Below, in pieces: positions 1-9,174 of a stretch of 64,000 bases of DNA. This DNA comes from Candidatus Latescibacterota bacterium (GTDB lineage: Bacteria > Latescibacterota > UBA2968 > UBA8231): positions 1,984,001 to 2,048,000 of the forward strand of contig CBDCSU010000006.1 in assembly GCA_965221775.1 (NCBI GenBank), written 5' to 3'. The notes below the pieces were generated by a model, which searched no databases, was not told the origin of the DNA, and worked only from the letters and a program-made list of their open reading frames with translations. Every line of letters begins with the position of its first letter. Positions within the stretch are counted from its first letter, which is position 1. Made by a program: the position numbers and the translations under genes.

Positions 1-540
1 CATGTCGTGCTTGTACGAGTAGGCGGCGATGGTGCGCACCTTCGAGATGAGCCGGGCCGCCGCCTCTTCGAAGAGCTCCTCGTCCTCGGTGTCGAGCAGT
101 TCGGGATAGAAGCAGGCCAGGGAGTTGAGCACCGCCGACAGCACCGCCATGGGCGGCGAGCCCGGGGGGAAGACCTCGAAGTGCTGGCGGAGCTGCTCGC
201 GCAGGAACTGGTGGTGGGTCAGGTGACTGGTGAAGCGGTCGAGCTGCTCCCGCGTTGGCAGCCGGCCCCAGATCAGCAGGTGAGCGGCCTCGATGAAGGA
301 GCTCTGCTCGGCCAGGTCCTCGATGGGGATGCCGCGGTAGCGGAGGATGCCGCGGTCGCCGTCGATGAAGGTGATGGAACTCTGGCAGGAGCCGGTGTTG
401 CCGTAGCCTTCGTCGAGGGTGATGTAACCGGTCTGGTCGCGCAGCTTGCTGATGTCGATGGCGTGCTCGTTCTCGCTGCCCACGACGACGGGGAGGTCGA
501 ACTTCTTCTCGCCAAGCTGCAGGTTGGCCGTTTCCGGCAT
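1..540 (-). CDS. gltA: Citrate synthase, N-terminal part (runs off the left edge; not in the ORF track)
   Basis: Manual minus-strand translation from ATG at 540: MPETANLQLGEKKFDLPVVVGSENEHAIDISKLRDQTGYITLDEGYGNTGSCQSSITFIDGDRGILRYRGIPIEDLAE, the typical citrate synthase N-terminus. Confidence 0.95.
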   Translation of the reverse strand, partial: MPETANLQLGEKKFDLPVVVGSENEHAIDISKLRDQTGYITLDEGYGNTGSCQSSITFIDGDRGILRYRGIPIEDLAEQSSFIEAAHLLIWGRLPTREQLDRFTSHLTHHQFLREQLRQHFEVFPPGSPPMAVLSAVLNSLACFYPELLDTEDEELFEEAAARLISKVRTIAAYSYKHDM

Positions 541-579
541 TGGAGCCTCTTGCTGGTGTGTTGGGGGAGAGGGGATACC

Positions 580-609
580 AGTCTAACGGTGGACGGCAAA
601 AGGTGTCAA
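580..609 (-). promoter_or_regulatory. Sigma70-like promoter for gltA
   Basis: Minus strand TTGACA-N18-TAGACT about 40 nt upstream of the gltA start. Confidence 0.6.
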
Positions 610-662
610 CGTCCCCGGCGACGCGGGGGACCGCACCCAACCGGGCCCCGCGGCCGCCTCGT

Positions 663-1571
663 TCATCCCCGATCCAGGAGGGCGCGCACGAACTCCGGGC
701 CGTCGAAGGGCTGCAGGTCGTCGAGGCCCTCGCCCAGGCCGAGCAGGCGAATCGGCACGTCCAGCTCCCGGCGCAGGGCGAAGGCGATGCCGCCGCGGGC
801 GGTGCCGTCGAGCTTGGTGAGGGCCAGGCCCGTCAGCTCCAGGGCCGAGTGGAACTCCCGGGCCTGGGCCAGGGCGTTCTGGCCGGTGGTGGCGTCGAGG
901 ACGAGAAGCCTCTCCTGGGGGGCCCCGTCGAGGCACCGGGCCAGCGACCGGCGGATCTTCTTCAGCTCCTCCATGAGGTTGACGTGGGTGTGGAGCCTCC
1001 CCGCCGTGTCGACGAGGAGCACGTCCGCGTCCCGGGCCCGGGCGGCCTGGGCCGCGTCGAAGGCGACCGCCCCCGGGTCGGCCCCCTGCCGGGAGCGCAC
1101 GATCTCGGCGCCGGCGCGCTCGGCCCATACCTGCAACTGGGCCACGGCGCCGGCCCGGAAGGTGTCGCAGGCCGCCACCATCACCTTGCGGTTCTCGCCG
1201 GCGTAGCGCTGCGCGAGCTTGCCGATGGTGGTCGTCTTGCCGGCGCCGTTGACCCCGGCCACCAGGATCACCCAGGGCCGCGCCGGCAGGTGGGTGACGT
1301 CGAAGCCCTCTCCGGGCGGGAAGATCGCCTCCAGCTCCGCTGCCAACAGCTCGAAAGCGTCCCCCTCCGAGTCCCGCACCCGGGTGCGCAGGCCGCCGGC
1401 GATGGCCGCCGAAGTATCGACGCCCACGTCGGCCGAGATCAGGATCTCCTCGATCTCGTCGAGGAGATCGTCGTCGAGGCGGCGGTCGCTCACGGCGTCG
1501 GCGACGGCCTCGACCACGGCGGAGCGCGTGCGCGACAGGCCGGCGCGGATGCGGTCGAAGAAACCCTGCAC
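663..1571 (-). CDS. ftsY: Signal recognition particle receptor FtsY (short NG-type)
   Basis: GVNGAGKTTT, DTFRAGA, DTAGR and TKLDGTARGG motifs. Start placed at GTG 1571 (VQGFFDRIRAGLSRT); the upstream ORF extension looks non-coding. Confidence 0.95.
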   Translation of the reverse strand: MQGFFDRIRAGLSRTRSAVVEAVADAVSDRRLDDDLLDEIEEILISADVGVDTSAAIAGGLRTRVRDSEGDAFELLAAELEAIFPPGEGFDVTHLPARPWVILVAGVNGAGKTTTIGKLAQRYAGENRKVMVAACDTFRAGAVAQLQVWAERAGAEIVRSRQGADPGAVAFDAAQAARARDADVLLVDTAGRLHTHVNLMEELKKIRRSLARCLDGAPQERLLVLDATTGQNALAQAREFHSALELTGLALTKLDGTARGGIAFALRRELDVPIRLLGLGEGLDDLQPFDGPEFVRALLDRG

Positions 1572-1732
1572 GGGGGGGCCCTCAGCCGCGGACCGGGGGC
1601 TGACCCCCTCCGGCGGGGGGGCGGTGGGTCGGGTGCATGCTCTTCTCCCGGGGGCTTCGGTCTGGATCGGTCCGCCGCCCATGGGCCGGTGACCCCGATG
1701 GCCGGCAGCAGTCAGGAAGGAAAGGTCGGTAC

Positions 1733-1845
1733 AGAATGCCGTCCGGTCCGCGGAAGTGTCAAGAATCCGGGAGCGGGGAGCGGCTGCCGCACCGACGAAG
1801 CCCACCCTCCCCCCGATTGACGGGAGGGGTGTGGACGGGTACATT
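1733..1845. promoter_or_regulatory. Divergent sigma70-like promoters (ftsY and S55 peptidase operon)
   Basis: Minus strand TTGACA-N18-CATTCT (1762..1733); plus strand TTGACG-N17-TACATT (1817..1845). Confidence 0.5.
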
Positions 1846-1905
1846 GGCCGGCTCCCTATCCGGAGGCGCACCTCTTTGGGGTACAACCAGTTACGAGCAC
1901 CGGGC

Positions 1906-3633
1906 ATGCCCTTGGGCGGGATTTTCGGCGGTCTGCTTGGCGCGGCTTCCTGCATCCTCCTCCTCCATGCCCCGGCTGCCGCGGTCGAGTTGGCGCCGGT
2001 GTCCGAGCTCGCCCGGGGGATGCGGGGATACGGCCTGACCGTTGTCGAGGGCACCCGCATCGACACCTTCGACGTTGAGATCCTGGGGGTGGAGCACAAC
2101 TCGATGCTCCCAGGCCGCGACGTCATCCTCGTCCGGCTGTCCGGCCTGGGGCTGGAGGAGACGGGTCTCGTGGCCGGTATGAGCGGCAGTCCGGTCTACG
2201 TCGAAGGGCGCCTGGTGGGCGCCGTGGCCTGGGGCTGGTTCGCCGCCGACGAGCCGGTGGGACTGCTCACCCCGATCCACGAGATGCTCGCGGTCATGGA
2301 GCGGGACCTGTCGGCCCCGGCCCGGGGATCCACCGCGGCGCCGGTACCGGCGCGGCCCTCCGGCCTGGTGCGCCTGGCGGCGCCCGTGTGGGTGTCGGGC
2401 GTCGGCCGCGGGACCGCGCAACGCATGACCGAGCTCCTGTCGCCCCTCGGCCTCGAGCCCCTCCTGTCTCCGGCCGGTGAAGATCCCTCCCTGGAGACGC
2501 CGCCGCTGCGGGCGGGCAGCGCCGTGGGAGTGCAGCTGGTCGGCGGCGATCTGAGCATGGTCGGCATCGGCACGGTGACCCATGTGGACGGCGACCGCCT
2601 GGTCGCCTTCGGCCACGACTTCGTCGGCAGCGGCGCCATCGACCTGCCGATGACGGGGGCCCACATCTTCGGCGTCCTCGACCACCGGTTCCGCTCCTTC
2701 AAGCTGGGCGCGGCCACGGCCACCGTCGGAGCCGTGCGGCAGGACCGCTTCGGGGGGATCGCCGGCCTCACCGGGGCGAGGGCGGGCGTGCTCCCGGTGG
2801 AGATGGCCGTCGCCCCGGAGGGCGAGACCCGGGAGTTCCGGTTCGAGGTCGCCCGGCTCCGGTTCTTCACCGCCGGCCTGATCCAGTCGGCGTTGATAGG
2901 GGCCTTGGAGTCCACCTCCAAGGTGATGGGCGAGGCCTCGATCGATCTGAACATCGACATCGAGCTGGACGACGGCCGCAAGGTGACGTGGGACCAGATC
3001 TACAGCGGGGTCGACGCGACCTTTGGCGCCGCCATCGATGCCGGCACACCTCTGCGAGCCCTGGCCCGCTCCTCCTTCGAGGGGATCCGCCTGGCCGGGG
3101 TGCGGATGCGGGCCGATGTGAGGGAGGAGGTGCGCGTCGCGCGACTCTCGGGGGCGGGCCTGGACCGGCCGAGGGTTCGCGCCGGGGAGGAGGTCACCGT
3201 CTCGGTGCGGCTGTCTCCCTACAGGAGCGCCGAGAGAGTCCTCCAGATCCCGGTGCGGGTTCCGGCCGGCGCGGCCGGAGAACTGGGGGTGAGGGTTGGG
3301 TCGGGTCGCTCCGCCAACGGCTGGGAGGAAGAGCGCCTGGGGGCTGGCCCTGCGGCAGACGCCGAGGAGTTGCTGAGGCGTCTGAACCGGCCCCGGCGGG
3401 AGGACGAGCTGGTCGTGCAGCTGACCGTCGCCGAGCCGGGGCTGACCTTGGACGGCCGCGAGCTGCCCTCGCCGCCCCCCTCGGTACACCGGCTGTTGTC
3501 GCAGTCGCCGGTGGCGGGCAGCACCCGCATGGTGGCCTGGCGGGTCCTGGCGGAAGAACGCGTGCCCGCCGGCTTCGTCCTGCGCGGGGAGCAGAGCCTC
3601 GTCCTCGAGGTGGACCCGGAGGGCCGCCGATGA
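1906..3633 (+). CDS. Exported SpoIVB-like peptidase S55 domain protein
   Basis: Signal-peptide-like N-terminus (ILLLHAPAAA); GYGLTVVEGT...F.VEILGV; catalytic AGMSGSPVY motif; AFGH.F. Confidence 0.85.
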   Translation: MPLGGIFGGLLGAASCILLLHAPAAAVELAPVSELARGMRGYGLTVVEGTRIDTFDVEILGVEHNSMLPGRDVILVRLSGLGLEETGLVAGMSGSPVYVEGRLVGAVAWGWFAADEPVGLLTPIHEMLAVMERDLSAPARGSTAAPVPARPSGLVRLAAPVWVSGVGRGTAQRMTELLSPLGLEPLLSPAGEDPSLETPPLRAGSAVGVQLVGGDLSMVGIGTVTHVDGDRLVAFGHDFVGSGAIDLPMTGAHIFGVLDHRFRSFKLGAATATVGAVRQDRFGGIAGLTGARAGVLPVEMAVAPEGETREFRFEVARLRFFTAGLIQSALIGALESTSKVMGEASIDLNIDIELDDGRKVTWDQIYSGVDATFGAAIDAGTPLRALARSSFEGIRLAGVRMRADVREEVRVARLSGAGLDRPRVRAGEEVTVSVRLSPYRSAERVLQIPVRVPAGAAGELGVRVGSGRSANGWEEERLGAGPAADAEELLRRLNRPRREDELVVQLTVAEPGLTLDGRELPSPPPSVHRLLSQSPVAGSTRMVAWRVLAEERVPAGFVLRGEQSLVLEVDPEGRR

Positions 3634-5675
3634 AGCCGCTGATCCGCCGAATCCAACTGCTCCTCTGCCTGGCCGCTCCCGGGTGGAGCGTCGATCCGGT
3701 CACCCTTCACCAGGCCCGGTACTCCGACTTCGAGGCCGGCACCGGCGAGGGCGTCGCCCTGCTCTCCGAGGGCGAGCTTGCCCTGGGCCCGGTCCTGGCT
3801 CCCCTGGCCGAGGTCGATGGCCGCCGCATCTGGACCTTGGCAGCCGATGGTGCCGACTTGTGGGTCGGCACGGGAGATGACGGCCGCATTTTCCACATGA
3901 CGGACAAGGACACCTCTCCGCAGCTGCTCTTCGACTCGCCCGAAGTCGGGATACACGCCCTTCAGCCGTCGGATGGCGGGCTCTTCGCCGGCACTTCTCC
4001 CGACGGGGTCGTCTACCACCTCAGCCCGACGGGCGAGCTGGCCTCGGAGACCCGCTCGGGGAGCCGCTATGTCTGGGACCTGGCCCTCGACCGCCGGGGG
4101 CGGCTGCTCGTGGCTGCCGGCGCACCGGCGCGTGTGCTGCGCCTGGACGGCGGCGAGGTGGACACCCTGTTCCAGGGAGGCACCGCTGGTCATGTGCGCG
4201 CCCTGGCGGGCGCCGGCTCGCGGTGGTATGCCGGCACCGCCGTCTCCGGCCCCGGAGAGGACGCTTCGAGGCCACCGGGCCGGGCCCGCATCTACGAGCT
4301 CACCGGGTCGCGGGCCCGCCTGGTGGTTGAGACCGACGCAGAGGAGGTGACCCATCTCCTCGCTGTGGGGGACACTCTCTTCGCCGCCGTCGTCGGCTCG
4401 GCACCGGCCCCGAAGGGGGGAGGCCCGGAGTCGCTGGCGACTCTGCTGAGGATCGATCCGGACGGGGGGTCCTACCCCTTGTGGCGCGGCCGTGGAGTGT
4501 GGGCCGGGATCGCCAACCTCGGAGGCGGCTGGCTGGCCGCGGTCCTGCGCGATCCGGCACAGGCCCTGCGGGTGTGCACCGAGGGATTGTTGATCGAGCG
4601 CCTCGCCGCCGCCGATTCCCTGTCGCCGAACGCGCTTCTGCTCCATGGGGGCGACTGGATCCTCGGCGACGGGCTCACGGGGCGGCTGTCGCGCCTGACG
4701 CCCAGCGCCGCCGACAGCGGATTCTTCGACGCCCCGGTGGAGGACCTCGGGGGCCACGGACACTGGGGGGCGGTGACCTGGGAGGCCACGGTCCCCGAAG
4801 GCACCGGGCTCTTCCTGCGGACCCGCTCGGGCAACACGGCCACGCCGGACGAGACCTGGAGCGAGTGGTCGGAGAAGGTCCGGGAGTCCGGCACGGCGAT
4901 CGCCAGCCCCCCGGCGCGCTACCTGCAGTACCGCCTGGTCCTGTCGTCGCGGGATCCTCGACAAACGCCCCTGGTCCGGCGCGTGTCGATGGCCGCGCGG
5001 CCGACGAACCTCCCTCCCCGCATCTCCGAGGTGAGCACCTTCGCCTATCGCGGCAATCCCCAGGGCCAGGGACCTCCTCCGCCGCCCCAGAACGGACCCC
5101 GCGACGGAAACCGGGGGCTCCCCCGGAGCAAGAGCCTGCGTCTCGTGCGCTGGCAGGCACAGGACCCGAACGGCGACGAGCTCAGCTACCGCGTCTACCT
5201 GCGCGGCGAGAATCAGCGGCAGTGGAAGCTGGTGGAGGACCGGATCGCCCAGACCACCCTGTTCTGGGACACGGAGAGCATGCCCGAGGGCACGACGCAG
5301 CTGCGTGTGGTCGCTTCCGACGCCCCGGACAACCCACCGGAGCTGGCCCTCGAGGACGACTACGTGAGCGCTCCCTTCCCCATCGACAACACCCCGCCCC
5401 GGGTCCGTCTGACGGCGAGCCGGGAGCGTGGCGGGATCCGCCTCCACGCGGAGATCGAGGACGCCGTCACCGCGATCCACGGGGCCCGCTACAGCGTCGA
5501 TTACGACGACGAGGGCACGCGCCTGGCCGCCGCCGACGGGGTCTTCGACGGCGGGCGGGAGGAGGCGGACTTCCGGGTCGAGGACCTGGAGCCGGGAGAG
5601 CACGTCATCTCCGTGCAGGCGTGGGACGCCCTCGACAACGTCGGCGTGGCCCGCATTCTCGTGGAAGTCGAGTAG
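3630..5675 (+). CDS. Exported beta-propeller protein with C-terminal Ig/FN3-like domains
   Basis: ATGA overlap with the upstream stop; signal peptide; repeated LWVGTG/LFAGTS/WYAGTA blades; TRSGNT.TPDETWSEWS; WQAQDPNGDEL; DNTPP. Confidence 0.75.
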   Translation: MKPLIRRIQLLLCLAAPGWSVDPVTLHQARYSDFEAGTGEGVALLSEGELALGPVLAPLAEVDGRRIWTLAADGADLWVGTGDDGRIFHMTDKDTSPQLLFDSPEVGIHALQPSDGGLFAGTSPDGVVYHLSPTGELASETRSGSRYVWDLALDRRGRLLVAAGAPARVLRLDGGEVDTLFQGGTAGHVRALAGAGSRWYAGTAVSGPGEDASRPPGRARIYELTGSRARLVVETDAEEVTHLLAVGDTLFAAVVGSAPAPKGGGPESLATLLRIDPDGGSYPLWRGRGVWAGIANLGGGWLAAVLRDPAQALRVCTEGLLIERLAAADSLSPNALLLHGGDWILGDGLTGRLSRLTPSAADSGFFDAPVEDLGGHGHWGAVTWEATVPEGTGLFLRTRSGNTATPDETWSEWSEKVRESGTAIASPPARYLQYRLVLSSRDPRQTPLVRRVSMAARPTNLPPRISEVSTFAYRGNPQGQGPPPPPQNGPRDGNRGLPRSKSLRLVRWQAQDPNGDELSYRVYLRGENQRQWKLVEDRIAQTTLFWDTESMPEGTTQLRVVASDAPDNPPELALEDDYVSAPFPIDNTPPRVRLTASRERGGIRLHAEIEDAVTAIHGARYSVDYDDEGTRLAAADGVFDGGREEADFRVEDLEPGEHVISVQAWDALDNVGVARILVEVE

Positions 5676-5683
5676 CCCCCGGG

Positions 5684-6781
5684 TTGGATGACGCCAAGGC
5701 ACTCGGCCGGGCCCTGGTCCTGGCCGCCCGGGGCCGAGGCAGAGTGAGCCCGAACCCGCTCGTCGGCGCCGTCGTCGCCGACCGGTGCGGAACCGTCGTC
5801 GGCGAAGGCTGGCACCGCAGGGTCGGCGGCCCCCATGCCGAGGTCGAAGCCCTGCGGGCGGCCGGCGAGAGCGCCCGCGGCGGCACCCTGTTCTGCAACC
5901 TTGAGCCCTGCTCCTTTCACGGTCGAACCCCCCCGTGCGCCGAGGCGGTGGTCGCCGCCGGTGTGCGCCGGGTCGTCTGCGCCCTGCAGGATCCCGACCC
6001 GCGGGTCGACGGCCGGGGCTTCCGGCGCCTCCGGGAGGCCGGTATCGAGGTCGAGGTGGGTGTCCGCGCGGCCGAGGCGGAGGAGCTGAATGCCGCCTAC
6101 CTGCACCACCGGCGCACCGGACGGCCGCTGGTGGTGCTCAAGCTGGGCCAGTCCCTCGACGGTCGCATCGCCACGGCCTCAGGGGCCTCGCGGTGGATCA
6201 CCGGCGAGGCGGCCCGGCGGCACGCCCACCGCTGGCGTTCCTGGACCGACGCGGTGGCCGTGGGGGCCGGCACGGTCATCGCCGACAACCCGGCCCTGAC
6301 GGTGCGCCACGTGAAAGGCCGGGACCCGCGGCCTATTGTCGTCGACGGGCACCTGCGCTGCCCGCCGTCGGCGAAGGTCTTCGGGGGCCGGGAGCCGATC
6401 CTGGCGACATCGGCATCGGCCCCGGAGGCGGAGCGCCGGCGGTTCGCCGAGCGCGGCGTCGAGGTCTGGACGCTGGCCGACAAGGGCGGGACCTTCGAGT
6501 TGGGAGAGCTGTGGGCCCGGGCCGGCCAGGCGGGTCTCACCAGCGTCCTCGTCGAAGGCGGCCGCGGGCTGGCGGGCGCGGCCCTGCGGACCCGGTCGGT
6601 GGACCGCGTCATGATCTACATCGCCCCGCGCCTGCTGGGCGGCGATGCCCTGGCCGGCGTCGGCGAACTGGGCCTGGAATCCCCGGCGGAGACCCCGATC
6701 ATCGAGCAGGTGCGCACCCGACGCCTGGGAGAGGACCTGCTCTACACCGGGAAGGTGGTCTACCCGTGTTCACCGGACTGA
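5684..6781 (+). CDS. ribD: Riboflavin biosynthesis deaminase/reductase RibD
   Basis: SPNPLVGAV, HAE, LEPCSFHGRTPPC, SLDGRIA...SRWIT, VLVEGG motifs; TTG start at 5684. Confidence 0.96.
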   Translation: MDDAKALGRALVLAARGRGRVSPNPLVGAVVADRCGTVVGEGWHRRVGGPHAEVEALRAAGESARGGTLFCNLEPCSFHGRTPPCAEAVVAAGVRRVVCALQDPDPRVDGRGFRRLREAGIEVEVGVRAAEAEELNAAYLHHRRTGRPLVVLKLGQSLDGRIATASGASRWITGEAARRHAHRWRSWTDAVAVGAGTVIADNPALTVRHVKGRDPRPIVVDGHLRCPPSAKVFGGREPILATSASAPEAERRRFAERGVEVWTLADKGGTFELGELWARAGQAGLTSVLVEGGRGLAGAALRTRSVDRVMIYIAPRLLGGDALAGVGELGLESPAETPIIEQVRTRRLGEDLLYTGKVVYPCSPD

Positions 6782-7419
6782 TCGAGGAGGTGGGCACCGT
6801 CCGCCGGGTCGAGGCCCGGGGGGAGGCTCTGCGGCGCCTGGAGATCGAGGCCCCGGGTATCTGCGCGGACCTGAAGGCCGGGGACAGCGTCAACATCAAC
6901 GGCGCTTGCCAGACCGCCGTGGACCGGAGAGGCGGGAGGTTCCTCGTCGAGTCGGTGGCCGAAACCCTTCGGCGCACGACTCTGGGGGAGCTGCGGCCGG
7001 GATCGCCCGTCAACCTGGAGCGCTCTCTGCGCCCGACCGACCGGCTGGGCGGGCACCTGGTCCTCGGGCACGTGGACGGGGTCGGAACCGTGCGCCGTCT
7101 CGATGTCGCCGCCGGCGACACCGTCCTCGAAGTGGCCCCCCCGGCGGAGCTGGCCCGCTATCTGGCGGCCAAGGGATGCGTCGCCGTCGACGGCATCAGC
7201 CTGACCCTCGTCGAGGTCGCCGCCGACGGCACCTTTACCATCGCTATCATACCGCATACATTAGCACATACGACCCTTTCCCAGGTCCTCGCGGGCGCCC
7301 GGGTGAACCTCGAGATCGACGTGGTTGCCCGCTACGTGGAGCGCCTTCTGGAGGCCGGCCGCTCCCCCATCCCGGGCGGCCTCACCCTCGACGCCCTCCG
7401 GGACTTGGGATACACCTGA
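6766..7419 (+). CDS. ribE: Riboflavin synthase
   Basis: (M)FTGLIEEVG N-terminus from GTG 6766, GDSVNINGAC, VNLERSL, GGHLVLGHVDG, VNLEID. Confidence 0.96.
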   Translation: MFTGLIEEVGTVRRVEARGEALRRLEIEAPGICADLKAGDSVNINGACQTAVDRRGGRFLVESVAETLRRTTLGELRPGSPVNLERSLRPTDRLGGHLVLGHVDGVGTVRRLDVAAGDTVLEVAPPAELARYLAAKGCVAVDGISLTLVEVAADGTFTIAIIPHTLAHTTLSQVLAGARVNLEIDVVARYVERLLEAGRSPIPGGLTLDALRDLGYT

Positions 7420-7423
7420 TGAC

Positions 7424-7448
7424 GCCCGGCTTCGGCCGGGCTTTTTTT
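7424..7448 (+). terminator. Intrinsic terminator-like hairpin between ribE and ribBA
   Basis: GCCCGGC-TTCG-GCCGGGC followed by seven T. Confidence 0.75.
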
Positions 7449-8688
7449 GACCTTGTCCGACTTCAACACCATCGAGGAGAGCATCGAGGACCTGGCCGCC
7501 GGCCGCATGGTGGTCCTGGTGGACGAACGCGCCGTCGACGTGGACGGGTCCGATCTCGTTGGCGAGGGCGAGCTGGTCATGGTCGCCGAGCTCGCCGACG
7601 CCGCCTCCGTCAACTTCATCACCCGGCACGCGGGAGGCCCGGTCTACGTCTCCGCCGACCGCGAGCGGCTCGAGGCATCGGGCCTGGAGCTGGCCCGCCC
7701 CGGCGGCGGCGGCCCTCGGAGCGCGGCCTGCATGACCTCGGTAAACGCCCGCGAAGTGACGGGCACCGGGGTCTCGGCCCAGGAACGCGCCCTCACCATC
7801 CGCCGCCTGGCCGATCCCGACAGCCGCGGCGCCGACTTCGTGCAGCCCGGCCACGTGACGCCCATCGCCGCCCAACCCGGTGGGGTGTTGCGGAGGGCGG
7901 GCCACACCGAGGCCTCCGTCGACCTGGCACGGTTGGCCGGTTTCGAGCCGGTGGCGCTTCTGGCCTCGGTCCTAGACGCCGACGGAGAGCTGGCGTCCAC
8001 CCCCTACCTCCTCGAGTTCGCCGCCCGCCACGGCCTCAAGATCGCCACCATCCGCGATCTGATCGCCCATCGGCGCCGGTCCGAGAAGCTGATCGAGCTG
8101 CAGGCCCGGACCCCCATGCCCACCGAGCACGGCGAGTTCACCGTCTACGCCTACCGCTCCCTGGTCGATGGCAGTCCGTACATCGCCCTGGTCATGGGAG
8201 ATGTCGCCGACGGCGCGCCGACACTGGTGCGCATGCACTCCTCCTGCGTCACCGGCGACGCCCTGGGCTCGTATCTGTGCGACTGCGGCGAGCAGCTGGA
8301 GCGGGCCATGTCTCTGATCGCCTCCGAGGGCCGAGGGGTGATCGTTTACATCCAGAGTCACGAGGGCCGCGGCATCGGGCTGATTCACAAGCTCAAGGCC
8401 TACGAGCTGCAGCAGAGCCAGGGGCTCGACACGGTCGAGGCCAACCACGCCCTCGGCCTGCCCGCCGACGCCCGGGACTACGGTATCGGCGCCCAGGTCC
8501 TCTACGACCTCGGTCTGCGGCAGTTGCGCCTGCTGACCAACAACCCGCGCAAGCGCGTCGGCCTCGAGGGCTACGGGCTGACCGTGGTCGAGGAAGTGTC
8601 GCTGGCGGCGGAGCCCAACCGGCACAACATCCGCTACCTGCGGACCAAGCGAGACCGCATGGGGCACACCAACCTGCTCTCGGAATGA
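7447..8688 (+). CDS. ribBA: RibBA-type fusion: GTP cyclohydrolase II with a degenerate DHBP synthase domain
   Basis: C-half has RMHSSCVTGD..GSYLCDCG, EGRGIGL, KAYELQ, DARDY, LTNNPRK. N-half keeps RAGHTEASVDL but lacks RENEGD. Confidence 0.9.
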   Translation: MTLSDFNTIEESIEDLAAGRMVVLVDERAVDVDGSDLVGEGELVMVAELADAASVNFITRHAGGPVYVSADRERLEASGLELARPGGGGPRSAACMTSVNAREVTGTGVSAQERALTIRRLADPDSRGADFVQPGHVTPIAAQPGGVLRRAGHTEASVDLARLAGFEPVALLASVLDADGELASTPYLLEFAARHGLKIATIRDLIAHRRRSEKLIELQARTPMPTEHGEFTVYAYRSLVDGSPYIALVMGDVADGAPTLVRMHSSCVTGDALGSYLCDCGEQLERAMSLIASEGRGVIVYIQSHEGRGIGLIHKLKAYELQQSQGLDTVEANHALGLPADARDYGIGAQVLYDLGLRQLRLLTNNPRKRVGLEGYGLTVVEEVSLAAEPNRHNIRYLRTKRDRMGHTNLLSE

Positions 8689-8697
8689 GGGGACCCG

Positions 8698-9165
8698 ATG
8701 CCGAAAGTGCATGAGGGCAAGCTCGAGGCCGGCAGCCGGCGCTTCGCCATCGTCGTGGCCCGCTTCAACAGTCTGATCACGGGCAAGCTGCTCGAGGGCG
8801 CGCTGGACTGCCTGCGGCGCCACGGATGCCCGGAGGACAACGTCGAGGTCGCCTGGGTCCCCGGCTCCTTCGAGCTGCCCCTGGTGGCGCGCCGGCTGGC
8901 GGGCACCGGGCGCTTCGACGCGGTCATCTGCCTCGGCGCGGTGATCCGCTCCGAGACCCCCCACTTCGACTTCGTCGCCGCCGAGACGGCTCGCGGCATC
9001 GCCCGGGTCGGCCTCGACAGCGGCACCCCCGTGACCTTCGGCGTCATCACCACCGATGACACCGAGCAGGCGGTGAACCGGGCCGGCGTGCGTTCCGGAA
9101 ACCGCGGGTGGGACGCGGCGATGAACGCCATCGAGATGGCCGACCTGATGGCCGGCCTGGACTGA
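8698..9165 (+). CDS. ribH: 6,7-dimethyl-8-ribityllumazine synthase
   Basis: [42 protein letters not shown]. Confidence 0.97.
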   Translation: MPKVHEGKLEAGSRRFAIVVARFNSLITGKLLEGALDCLRRHGCPEDNVEVAWVPGSFELPLVARRLAGTGRFDAVICLGAVIRSETPHFDFVAAETARGIARVGLDSGTPVTFGVITTDDTEQAVNRAGVRSGNRGWDAAMNAIEMADLMAGLD

Positions 9166-9174
9166 CAAGAGGCC

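Noticed and set aside
1700-1730. GTCAGGAAGGAAAGG near ftsY resembling the SRP RNA loop
   Set aside because: Lacks the CAGG...GGAA...AGCAG pairing of SRP helix 8; better explained as promoter and leader sequence.
7-1820. Long plus-strand ORFs 7..1206 and 540..1820, and similar long antisense ORFs elsewhere (e.g. 18267..21587, 55880..59698, 55891..60837)
   Set aside because: Shadow frames of real genes in high-GC DNA; Arg/Gly/Pro-rich or antisense-type composition with no motifs.
5600-5700. Possible FMN riboswitch ahead of the rib genes
   Set aside because: Only 8 nt separate the upstream gene from ribD, and no RFN consensus is visible.
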